34,097 nt of DNA, taken from Octopus bimaculoides. Lineage: Eukaryota. The notes under the pieces were generated by a model. That model searched no databases. It had not been told where the DNA came from and saw nothing but the letters and a program-made list of their open reading frames with translations. Positions 10,723 to 22,509 of the stretch are shown piece by piece. Position numbers and translations under genes: made by a program. The stretch lies in contig NC_068983.1 in assembly GCF_001194135.2 (NCBI RefSeq), positions 148,405,261 to 148,439,357 on the forward strand, written 5' to 3'. Numbering within the stretch: position 1 is the first letter of the stretch; the number at the start of each line of letters is the position of its first letter.

Positions 10723-11561
10723 NNNNNNNNNNNNNNNNNNNNNNNNNNNNNNNNNNNNNNNNNNNNNNNNNNNNNNNNNNNNNNNNNNNNNNNNNNNNNN
10801 NNNNNNNNNNNNNNNNNNNNNNNNNNNNNNNNNNNNNNNNNNNNNNNNNNNNNNNNNNNNNNNNNNNNNNNNNNNNNNNNNNNNNNNNNNNNNNNNNNNN
10901 NNNNNNNNNNNNNNNNNNNNNNNNNNNNNNNNNNNNNNNNNNNNNNNNNNNNNNNNNNNNNNNNNNNNNNNNNNNNNNNNNNNNNNNNNNNNNNNNNNNN
11001 NNNNNNNNNNNNNNNNNNNNNNNNNNNNNNNNNNNNNNNNNNNNNNNNNNNNNNNNNNNNNNNNNNNNNNNNNNNNNNNNNNNNNNNNNNNNNNNNNNNN
11101 NNNNNNNNNNNNNNNNNNNNNNNNNNNNNNNNNNNNNNNNNNNNNNNNNNNNNNNNNNNNNNNNNNNNNNNNNNNNNNNNNNNNNNNNNNNNNNNNNNNN
11201 NNNNNNNNNNNNNNNNNNNNNNNNNNNNNNNNNNNNNNNNNNNNNNNNNNNNNNNNNNNNNNNNNNNNNNNNNNNNNNNNNNNNNNNNNNNNNNNNNNNN
11301 NNNNNNNNNNNNNNNNNNNNNNNNNNNNNNNNNNNNNNNNNNNNNNNNNNNNNNNNNNNNNNNNNNNNNNNNNNNNNNNNNNNNNNNNNNNNNNNNNNNN
11401 NNNNNNNNNNNNNNNNNNNNNNNNNNNNNNNNNNNNNNNNNNNNNNNNNNNNNNNNNNNNNNNNNNNNNNNNNNNNNNNNNNNNNNNNNNNNNNNNNNNN
11501 NNNNNNNNNNNNNNNNNNNNNNNNNNNNNNNNNNNNNNNNNNNNNNNNNNNNNNNNNNNNN

Positions 11562-11610
<49 letters not shown>

Positions 11611-11921
11611 CATATGCTCCTTTTTTATTTCTTGTTCTTATCATAATGTATGAATATTACACAAATGCATTATTACATTCATACATGTATATATATTTCC
11701 AGAAAATCTTTTAGTAAATGTATTTTGACTGAAGATGATAGTGACTTCGTTAACTTCTCATATTTGATACTTAAACAAAGATTGTTAATTGCTCACTGCC
11801 TCAATTTGAACAACGATACACTTAAATATATTTAGATACAGCTGGGTAGATATGTAGTAGGTATGTATGTAGGAGTTGGGTAGTTAGGTAGGCAGGTAGG
11901 TAGAAAGGTAGGTAGGTAGAA

Positions 11922-12155
11922 ACGATGAGCTGGTAGAAACGTTAGCACACCGGGCGAAATTCTTAGCGGTATTTCGTCTGCCGCTACGTTCTGGGTTCAA
12001 ATTCCGCCGAGGTCGACTTTGCCTTTCATCCTTTCGGGGTCGATACATTAAGTACCAGTTACGCACTGGGGTCGATGTAATCGGCTTAATTCCTTTGTCT
12101 GTCCTTGTTTGTCACCTCTATGTTAAGCCCCTTGTGGGCAATAAAGAAATAAGAA
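11922..12155 (+). mobile_element. tRNA-derived SINE family B, near full length, inserted in a (TAGG)n tract
   Basis: gagctggtagaaacgttagc (A-box-like), gggttcaaattcc (B-box), central gtcgactttgcctttcatcctttcggggtcgatacattaagtaccag and A-rich tail aataaagaaataagaaa. TAGG repeats lie on both sides. Confidence 0.92.
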
Positions 12156-12390
12156 AGGTAGGCAGGTAGGTAGGTAGGTAGGAATGTAGGATGGTACTTA
12201 TTGACAATTCACATTGTGAAAGTTCAATCTTTACTCTCCTTCCCTGGTTACTTCTACCGTCAGTTTTATTCTAATTATACTTCCATATAAGGAAATATCA
12301 AAGCCTCTATCTTTGTTCTTTTTACACACAATATATTTGCATAATATATCTCGTACTTAAACCGCGTTGTTGTTGACGGATATTTTGCTC

Positions 12391-12413
12391 TGTGTGTGTG
12401 TGAGTGTGTGTGT

Positions 12414-12501
<88 letters not shown>
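12391..12501. repeat. (TG)n microsatellite
   Basis: Seen directly in the sequence. Confidence 0.97.
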
Positions 12502-12503
<2 letters not shown>

Positions 12504-12759
12504 TATCTTGTTGTCTGTGTCACATGAAAAAAGAAATACACGATGAAGACTTAGGTACCTTGGCAGAGTTGTGTCTGCGTATCTTTACTTGCAAGCTGAA
12601 TCGAGTGTGTTCCAATTAGTATATATCAGTGTTGATGGTGTTGTGATTGTCGTATGCATTAGCAGTGTGTGTAAGGATGTATGAGGGAGGATGCTTGCAG
12701 AAACTTGTTTCTTTAGTAATCAAGTATTGGTCTACAAACATTCTTATCCTCCTATCCCT

Positions 12760-15200
12760 CCCTACAAACCAACTGCTATCATCACCATCATTATCATTAT
12801 CAACACCATTACCTATATCACTATCACCAACTTTCCTTTCTATAACCAACGCGGTCATTGTCATAATTATATCTATACTCACTACCGCCGCCCGCCGATA
12901 TCATCCTCACTCACAATGGCATTACAACCACCGTTATATCCACCATTGTTACTATACCACTACCATCAACAGTGCATCAACATCTGTCATCATCACCAAC
13001 ATCATTATCGCCGCGAAAACCACCACCATTACCAAAAGCAGTAGCAGCACTACAGCCATCACTACCACCAACACAACCATCATCATCATTATCATCACCA
13101 CCACCACCACCATTATCATCATTATCCCTATCAACACCACCACCGCCATCGTCATCCTCATATCACCACCACCACCACCNNNNNNNNNNNNNNNNNNNNN
13201 NNNNNNNNNNNNNNNNNNNNNNNNNNNNNNNNNNNNNNNNNNNNNNNNNNNNNNNNNNNNNNNNNNNNNNNNNNNNNNNNNNNNNNNNNNNNNNNNNNNN
13301 NNNNNNNNNNNNNNNNNNNNNNNNNNNNNNNNNNNNNNNNNNNNNNNNNNNNNNNNNNNNNNNNNNNNNNNNNNNNNNNNNNNNNNNNNNNNNNNNNNNN
13401 NNNNNNNNNNNNNNNNNNNNNNNNNNNNNNNNNNNNNNNCCACCGCCGCCACCCCATCAGCATCATCATCATCATCATCATCAAAAACAGATTAATTATC
13501 TCGACCAACATGACCATGAATAAAATGAACACCACAATCTGAACATTACAATGATTGACTCCTTCGTCAGTTACATCACTGTCACCCTCGTAATTAGATC
13601 AACGTCATATAGCCACCAGTATAAACACCATCATCGCAGACAATATCAACATCACGACCACCACCGCCAACACCAACACCAACAAACAACAACAACAACA
13701 CAATATAGATACCATTGCACAGAAAAAAAATATGTATAAAAGAGCATTGCAAGCGACACTGATTAGACGCCAACTTATGACAAGCCTTAAAAGAAATCGC
13801 AGCCACCACAACCACTACTACCACCACTACATCACCAACACGAAATCATCACCAGCACCACCAACACCACTACTACCAACAGAACCAACACCATCACCAG
13901 TATCATTATCACCTTCCGGAAAAAAAAATACGAGTATCATTGTTTTCTTTTGCTACTACTACTACTACCACTACCACTGTTCCAACCAACGTCAATATTA
14001 CCATCAATACCATGACTTCCACCTCCATAAAAACAATTAGTGTAAATATTTATTAATACTTCTAATACTACAAGCTAATACTAATACTACTACTGCTGTT
14101 CCAAGCAATGTCAACACCACCATTATGAGAACTATCACGACAGCCACCATTCTTACTATCGCCAGAACAATAATCTCTACACGAACCGTCAACAACATGG
14201 CTACAGTCACCATCTTCATTATTACACCAGTGAACGCCAACACTACCACCATAGGAACCAAAACCAACACTGCCACCACTGCCACCACTGCAACTAAAAC
14301 CACAACCACTACAACAGAAACTTACACCACTACACGAAAACTGCTAGTACCACAACCGAAACACAATCGCTACAGCACAAACCACCAACACCACTACTAC
14401 CACCATAGCCAAAGCAACCACCACTGAAATCAAAGCTACTACTACATCCAAAGCTACAACCACTACCACTAGCACAACCCAGCCACATCTACCACCACTA
14501 CAACCATAACTACCACCCAACCACTACAACCACTACAACTAAAACTACCACTACAATAAAAGCCACGACTGCCACCGCTAGCACAACCCAAAGCCACGAC
14601 CATCACCGCTACAACCAAAACCATAACTAACACTACAGCACAAACTACCACCACTAGAACCAAAACTACAACTGTAGTCAAAGCCATTAACCACCACCAC
14701 AAGCACAATCCAAACCACAACCACCACAATTACAACAAAAACCATTACCACCACTACAGCTAAAACTAGCATCATTGCAACAAAAACTATCTCAACAACC
14801 AAAGCCGCAACCACTGCTACTAGCACAGCACAGAGCACAACCACTGTCACTATAATTGAAACCACCAGCACTAGAACCAAAACTAGCATTTATTAGAATC
14901 ATTATGACCACATGGACAACCAGCAACACAAAAATTCCACAGTCACCGTCAGCACCATCGAGAAAATCACCAAAACCAATAGATCATTCTCTATAAGAAA
15001 CATTATGCTACCACAACTAACATCAACATTATACGAAATAACACAGAATCACCACACCACTATAAACACCAGACGACGCTGTCAGCATCACAACCATTTA
15101 TACAACTAACGCCATTAGCACTACGACCACAATAGCCAATAACAGGATCACTGTTGCCGACGTCACCAGCACTATACGAATATTGCTGTACCAGAAATGA
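12760..15200. repeat. About 2.4-kb degenerate trinucleotide (ACC/ATC/ACT/ACA/AAC) low-complexity domain, G-poor on the + strand
   Basis: Seen directly. It produces the poly-T/H/P and antisense poly-V/M ORFs in the track. Confidence 0.9.
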
Positions 15201-15644
15201 ATTACAATGAAAAAGAAAGAGGAAAACCAGGAAATTACACTTGGAAAAAGAAAAGGTGGGAAGTAAACAAATAGAATAAGAAAAAAAAAAGTATCTTTCT
15301 CACCACATCCCAATATTACCTACTACAAAAATAAACAACAACCTGATACAACCATAGTTATCATTGCCAAATATCATATCTATTCATTACGGCACGTTAT
15401 TACCATCTACGGGGTTCTAATGGGGATAGAGAAGTGTTATAACAGTGATTGATATACGTACATACAGGAACGCACGCACGCAAACAACAAACACACACAC
15501 ACATATACATGTACATGTGTATATGTTTCTATGTATCCTTACACAGGTATATACATATATTCATACACACGTATATATAATATACATATATTGGAAGAAC
15601 ACATACAACATATGTAGGTATATATAATTGCATGAATGGACATA

Positions 15645-15685
<41 letters not shown>

Positions 15686-16139
15686 NNNNNNNNNNNNNNN
15701 NNNNNNNNNNNNNNNNNNNNNNNNNNNNNNNNNNNNNNNNNNNNNNNNNNNNNNNNNNNNNNNNNNNNNNNNNNNNNNNNNNNNNNNNNNNNNNNNNNNN
15801 NNNNNNNNNNNNNNNNNNNNNNNNNNNNNNNNNNNNNNNNNNNNNNNNNNNNNNNNNNNNNNNNNNNNNNNNNNNNNNNNNNNNNNNNNNNNNNNNNNNN
15901 NNNNNNNNNNNNNNNNNNNNNNNNNNNNNNNNNNNNNNNNNNNNNNNNNNNNNNNNNNNNNNNNNNNNNNNNNNNNNNNNNNNNNNNNNNNNNNNNNNNN
16001 NNNNNNNNNNNNNNNNNNNNNNNNNNNNNNNNNNNNNNNNNNNNNNNNNNNNNNNNNNNNNNNNNNNNNNNNNNNNNNNNNNNNNNNNNNNNNNNNNNNN
16101 NNNNNNNNNNNNNNNNNNNNNNNNNNNNNNNNNNNNNNN

Positions 16140-16203
<64 letters not shown>

Positions 16204-16689
16204 CGTATATAGACAAGTCGTTTATGGTTGTATGTATGTATGTATAGGCCTCTGTATTTATACCTCATTGTATAAAAATGCATTCATGAGGGAAGATGAC
16301 AATAATTCTCTGCTGCCAATATGCTTGCATGAAATGCTGTTTGATTTTTTCCCTGGATAATGGTAATAGGAGGTGATGGTGGTGGAGAACAAGAGGATAC
16401 AGTAGGAGTCATAATGGTAGCTGCTATAACGGTGAAGAGGTGTGGCATTGCATTTAATTCTTATAGTTTGCTTTTATTTTTTTTTTCCTGCAATTTTCCG
16501 GTTATTTTACTCGGCTTTGGTTTTTGATTTCATATATCGTATATTTCTACTTTCTCTTATAATCCTTCCGTCTTTATGCCATGAAATAGCAGGATTCAAT
16601 CGTTATATTATTATATGTTTATCTATCACAATTATAAAAGTTAAAAGTATATATATGTATGTCTGCTCATGTATGTACATGTGTGTGTA

Positions 16690-16725
<36 letters not shown>

Positions 16726-17265
16726 GATTCATATATATATATATATCATGTACAGAGAAATCTTCAAGCAATGAATTCTGAACCATTGAAATAGTTAAGA
16801 GCGCTTTCACACTTTTCCCATCTCTCTCTCTCTCTCTCNNNNNNNNNNNNNNNNNNNNNNNNNNNNNNNNNNNNNNNNNNNNNNNNNNNNNNNNNNNNNN
16901 NNNNNNNNNNNNNNNNNNNNNNNNNNNNNNNNNNNNNNNNNNNNNNNNNNNNNNNNNNNNNNNNNNNNNNNNNNNNNNNNNNNNNNNNNNNNNNNNNNNN
17001 NNNNNNNNNNNNNNNNNNNNNNNNNNNNNNNNNNNNNNNNNNNNNNNNNNNNNNNNNNNNNNNNNNNNNNNNNNNNNNNNNNNNNNNNNNNNNNNNNNNN
17101 NNNNNNNNNNNNNNNNNNNNNNNNNNNNNNNNNNNNNNNNNNNNNNNNNNNNNNNNNNNNNNNNNNNNNNNNNNNNNNNNNNNNNNNNNNNNNNNNNNNN
17201 NNNNNNNNNNNNNNNNNNNNNNNNNNNNNNNNNNNNNNNNNNNNNNNNNNNNNNNNNNNNNNNNN

Positions 17266-17297
<32 letters not shown>

Positions 17298-17841
17298 AGT
17301 GAGTGAGCGCGCGTGTGTGTGTGTAAAGAAATTAAGTCTTATGCAAAAATAAAAAAATAAAAACCATGTAGTGAAGAAAAACGGTGGAAAAAAGGTGAAA
17401 AAATCTAGAAGAGTATATAGAAGAACGAGAGAGAAAAGGGTGCTGGAAACGAGAGTTAAGAAAGACCCTTGAAATGAAGGCTTATAATAACTGATCGATA
17501 ACTAATAATGAGAATAAAAACATATAAATATATAAAATTGTGAGTGAGTGTTTGGTGAATTATGATCGATAATTCACATATCGCCCAAGTAATAATTGAA
17601 TAAACTTGTGCTTTGTTGATTTCGATCAGGCATAGTTTTTGGCGTCCATAGAATCTATTGATGGCAGTTGACGTCGAATGAGTCGGCTGGTTGACTTGCC
17701 GGGTGGATGGCTCCATGGATGGCTGGTTGGTATGTTGGTCGGTTGGTTGTTTAGATGGTTAGCTGGGTGCGCGATGTGTGTGTGTGTGTGTGTGTTTGTG
17801 TGTATATGTACATACACAGACATACACACATATATATATAT

Positions 17842-17844
<3 letters not shown>

Positions 17845-17938
<94 letters not shown>

Positions 17939-17955
17939 CCTCTCTCTTTCTCTCT
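17845..17955. repeat. (CT)n microsatellite
   Basis: Seen directly in the sequence. Confidence 0.97.
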
Positions 17956-18235
17956 CTGCTCCTCTCACTAAACCCCAAATTCTGCCGATGCGAAACATGC
18001 CGACATTTCTAAATTATATTAGAAGCCGTTTTATTAACTTCAATAGGAACTTATAACAGTGTGGAGTTTATTTATTTTTATATTTATCGATTTATTTACT
18101 TATTTAGAGTGAAAATAAAGACAATAACATGTGGTGTGGTAGGGGTTCGTAATGGATTGGAGGGGGACTGCAGTAATGTACACGAAAATAAAATAACAAT
18201 GACAACGAAAGAAAACTTTCTTTTAATAAATATAT

Positions 18236-18411
18236 AGGCGCAGGAGTGGCTATGTGGTAAGTAGCTTGCTTACCAACCACATGGTTCCGGGTTCAGTCCC
18301 ACTGCGTGGCATCTTGGGCAAGTGAGTGTCTTCTACTATAGCCTCGGGCAGACCAAAGCCTTGTGAGTGGATTTGGTAGACGGAAACTGAAAGAAGGCCA
18401 TCTTATATATG

Positions 18412-18442
<31 letters not shown>

Positions 18443-18489
18443 GTATGTGTGTGTGTGTGTATGTGTTTGCCCCCCCCCAACATCGCTTG
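18236..18489 (+). mobile_element. SINE family A: tRNA head, internal (TA)/(TG) microsatellite and start of the 3' half, cut by a gap
   Basis: aggcgcaggagtggctatgtggtaagtagc (A-box-like), gggttcagtcccac (B-box-like), then the body, the microsatellite and tgtttgcccccccccaacatcgcttg. Confidence 0.9.
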
Positions 18490-19258
18490 NNNNNNNNNNN
18501 NNNNNNNNNNNNNNNNNNNNNNNNNNNNNNNNNNNNNNNNNNNNNNNNNNNNNNNNNNNNNNNNNNNNNNNNNNNNNNNNNNNNNNNNNNNNNNNNNNNN
18601 NNNNNNNNNNNNNNNNNNNNNNNNNNNNNNNNNNNNNNNNNNNNNNNNNNNNNNNNNNNNNNNNNNNNNNNNNNNNNNNNNNNNNNNNNNNNNNNNNNNN
18701 NNNNNNNNNNNNNNNNNNNNNNNNNNNNNNNNNNNNNNNNNNNNNNNNNNNNNNNNNNNNNNNNNNNNNNNNNNNNNNNNNNNNNNNNNNNNNNNNNNNN
18801 NNNNNNNNNNNNNNNNNNNNNNNNNNNNNNNNNNNNNNNNNNNNNNNNNNNNNNNNNNNNNNNNNNNNNNNNNNNNNNNNNNNNNNNNNNNNNNNNNNNN
18901 NNNNNNNNNNNNNNNNNNNNNNNNNNNNNNNNNNNNNNNNNNNNNNNNNNNNNNNNNNNNNNNNNNNNNNNNNNNNNNNNNNNNNNNNNNNNNNNNNNNN
19001 NNNNNNNNNNNNNNNNNNNNNNNNNNNNNNNNNNNNNNNNNNNNNNNNNNNNNNNNNNNNNNNNNNNNNNNNNNNNNNNNNNNNNNNNNNNNNNNNNNNN
19101 NNNNNNNNNNNNNNNNNNNNNNNNNNNNNNNNNNNNNNNNNNNNNNNNNNNNNNNNNNNNNNNNNNNNNNNNNNNNNNNNNNNNNNNNNNNNNNNNNNNN
19201 NNNNNNNNNNNNNNNNNNNNNNNNNNNNNNNNNNNNNNNNNNNNNNNNNNNNNNNNNN

Positions 19259-19313
19259 GAAGTGCCGCTAAGTATTTTGCCCGGTGTCCTAACGATTCTG
19301 CCAGTTCGTCACC
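19259..19313 (-). mobile_element. SINE family B head, truncated by an assembly gap
   Basis: Reverse complement ggtgacgaactggcagaatcgttaggacaccgggcaaaatacttagcggcac matches the family B 5' end. Confidence 0.8.
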
Positions 19314-19320
19314 ATTGTTA

Positions 19321-19369
<49 letters not shown>

Positions 19370-19394
19370 CATTGTTGTTGTTTTTGTTTCTGAT

Positions 19395-19592
19395 TTAGAC
19401 ACAAGGTGAGCAGTTTTGACAGGAGGGGAGAAGTGGATACCATCAGGTGCACTACTGTACTGTTACTTCATTTCATCGAACCGGAAAAGGTGAAGGGCAA
19501 AGTTAACTTCGGTTGGATTTGAACGCGTAATGTATAGATAGAGTTGGAACAAATAAATAAAGCGCTTTTTCCGACTTTCTAACGATTTTGCA
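19395..19592 (-). mobile_element. Old SINE family B copy
   Basis: catttcatcgaaccggaaaaggtgaagggcaaagttaacttcggttggatttgaac...ttctaacgattttgc matches the reverse complement of the family B core and head. Confidence 0.7.
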
Positions 19593-21245
19593 AAAAGAAG
19601 AAACGTAGGTGGCTAAAAGAAAAATTATGGAAGAAAAAAACAGAAAATTAAAAGGAAAAGAGGTCAACAATGGTGACCATGATGAGTATAGTGATGGAGA
19701 AGAAAATTAGCTAGGACAAGAAACGGGAGAAAAACAGGAAGATAAAGACACTTCTGAAGCAGAACGAGTGGTGGTGAATGGGGGAAAATGTGAGAGGAAA
19801 ATCTAGATGGTTATAATAATGATGATATTGGCAAAGATGCTGACGATAATGGGGACGACAACAACGATGATGGTGATGATGATGATGAGCATGATGGTGA
19901 CAACAACGAAAGGAGAAAATGTGCTGAGGTAGAAACAGAAAAGAAGCATAAGACATGGGTTGGCAAGAGAGGATTGCTTAAAACGGTAGAATTTAATAAA
20001 GAAGGGAGGATGCAGCAAGAATGAATATGGCTAACACAAGAACACGATGTTGGTTCTGGGTTGTTTTGTTTTGGGCTTTTTTTTGTGTGTGTGTAGTAGT
20101 AGTAGCAATGGTAGTGGTGTTGGTTCTAGAAGAAGTTTGATGATGATGAATATGAATACAGAAGAATAAGAAATGAAGGAAAAGAGAAAGAAGAAAGAAG
20201 AAAAGGGATTAGAGGGTGAATAACTAGAAGCTGGTGGATGAAATCAAAGTAAGGTAGTGACAATAACTTCTCCTGGTTCCGTCAATAAAAACAGCAACCA
20301 AAAAGGGATACTTCTTGATCACTATAATTTCCATCTGTATTTTCATACAATATGCTTTTGTGACTCTTTTATATATTATTTTATTTAGTTATCTATTTTT
20401 TGTTCCTGTTGCATCATTGACAATGCTGGTCTGATACTTTCCTAGTAGTTAGATGTTTATTTCTTCATTTTCATATAGCTTTTTAGATTGTTTGCAGCAT
20501 CGCAACCATTTGCATGGGTCAGTAAACATTCTTTTATGCCCAGTCATAATCAATGACTTCGTACCCCTCGCTACACCGCATTTCCTCTCAAAATATATCT
20601 CTAAGGCATATTGGCAATAATCGCTCTCTGCTGTATCGTTTCGTCGCTAACGCGAAAATTGCTATTGCTTTAATATCTAAAAATTATTATTTTTATAGTT
20701 TTCTTCATTTACTTCTGATCTCAAGGAAACGACAGACACATCAACCAAGCTAAAATTAGCAGCCATATTAACAAAATATCGTTATACTGTACTATACATA
20801 TTATTTTCATCATAATTTGATTTATCTCGTTCAGAAATCTTTCATGACAGACAATAGCATTATATCGGAACGGGCAGATTCATGAATGAATGAATGAATG
20901 AATGAATGAATGAATGAATGAGTGGATGGTTTGGTGGTTGCGTGTGTAGATGGGTTGATAGATTGGAAGCATGGATGGCTGGATGCTCCTTTTTATTTAT
21001 TTATTGGCTGCTCCCCTCGTTTACTATAAACATATTTATCCGTATCCGATCGTCGATGAATAGATGCAATATATTCATGACCTAAGGACAGACAATCTAT
21101 ATTGTACAACATATTTCGCCCTGTTAATCTCAACTCCGACCTATATGTCTCTGGTCCAATCAAACAAATACACTTCGTAATAACGAGTGCAACGGTCTGT
21201 GAGGAACATGACTGTGTTAGTGACGATTATATGAGTATGTTAATC

Positions 21246-21624
21246 GTGGCATTCCGTCGGTTACGACGAGGAGGGTTCCAGTTGATCCGATCAACGGAAC
21301 AGCTTACTCATGAAATTAACGTGCAAGCGGCTGAGCACTCCACAGACACGTGTACCCTTAACGTAGTCCTCGGGGAGATTCAGAGTGACACAGAATGAGA
21401 CAAGGCTGGCCCTTTGAAATACAGGTACAACAGAAAGAGGAAGTAAGAGTGAGAGTAAGTTGTGGTGAAAGAGTACAGCAGGGTTCGCCAACACCCCACT
21501 GCCGGAGCCTCTTGAAGCTTTAGGTGTTTTGGCTCAATAAACACTCACAACGCCCGGTCTGGGAATCGAAATCGCGATCCTACGACCGCGAGTCCGCTGC
21601 CCTGACCACTGGGCCATTGCGCCT
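21246..21624 (-). mobile_element. tRNA-derived SINE family C, apparently full length (about 380 nt)
   Basis: Minus strand begins aggcgcaaTGGCCCAGTGGtcagggcagcggactcgcggtcgtaggatcgcgaTTTCGATTCccagacc, a clear A/B-box tRNA-like head. An unrelated body follows, ending ...ccctcctcgtcgtaaccgacggaatgccac. Confidence 0.85.
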
Positions 21625-22003
21625 ATATATATATATATATATATAGTATGCGTAAACTGTTGAGTCCTGGATATTGTTATAATCAGCAACTAAAGCAAAA
21701 CGATGTTTCTGTGAAACTGAATACTCAATTGCTTGAAATTTCGTTAATAAGACGCTTCTTTTAAAGAATTAAATAATGTTCGGTTCAGACATAACCTGTT
21801 TAGTCTTCCTTACCGAGTGGAATTATATACAGCCGTGTCAGACCGAGATCAGTGTCAGCTCCAGCAGATCTTACATCTATACGCCAGTGATATATATGTG
21901 TGTACGAGTGAATGGACAAACAAAAGAAAGTAGCACTAAACATATTTAGTAGGAGTTACATGTGTTATTTAAGAACAGTTTCATTCGACCAAAACTGTTA
22001 TCA

Positions 22004-22004
<1 letters not shown>

Positions 22005-22059
<55 letters not shown>

Positions 22060-22092
22060 ATATATATGCGTGGGTGCGGACATTTTACTCTG

Positions 22093-22178
<86 letters not shown>
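22005..22178. repeat. (TA)n/(TG)n microsatellite
   Basis: Seen directly in the sequence. Confidence 0.97.
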
Positions 22179-22183
<5 letters not shown>

Positions 22184-22478
22184 CAAATCCCAACGCTCTA
22201 AAATGGAAAAAATTAAAAAGAAGGAAAAGCACACACATTCCACGAAGTTCGTCCAAGTTTTCACTACATTCCACCTATAAGAAATGTATGACTTTAAATG
22301 TTTAAGATATCTCATGCGATATCAGCTGATGATTTCTAAAATGAATGACATAGTTTTATACATGATTACCACAGACTAAACATTTTATCGATTTCGTTAT
22401 AAATGTGGAACGGCCAAAAACAAATGATTAGGCTAGGGACACGCACACACACGCACGTACGCTCATACACACATATGT

Positions 22479-22509
<31 letters not shown>

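Noticed and set aside
10626-11714. Long ORFs of 200-360 aa in the track (also 15539-16360 and 18363-19393)
   Set aside because: They are open only because they cross N-runs.
16588-16596. Minus-strand LNPAIS as the missing aquaporin NPA1 exon
   Set aside because: There is an in-frame stop two codons upstream of the Leu, no GGH before it and no hydrophobic helix after it.
21102-21398. 98-aa + strand ORF with a natural-looking sequence
   Set aside because: Its second half is the antisense of SINE C.
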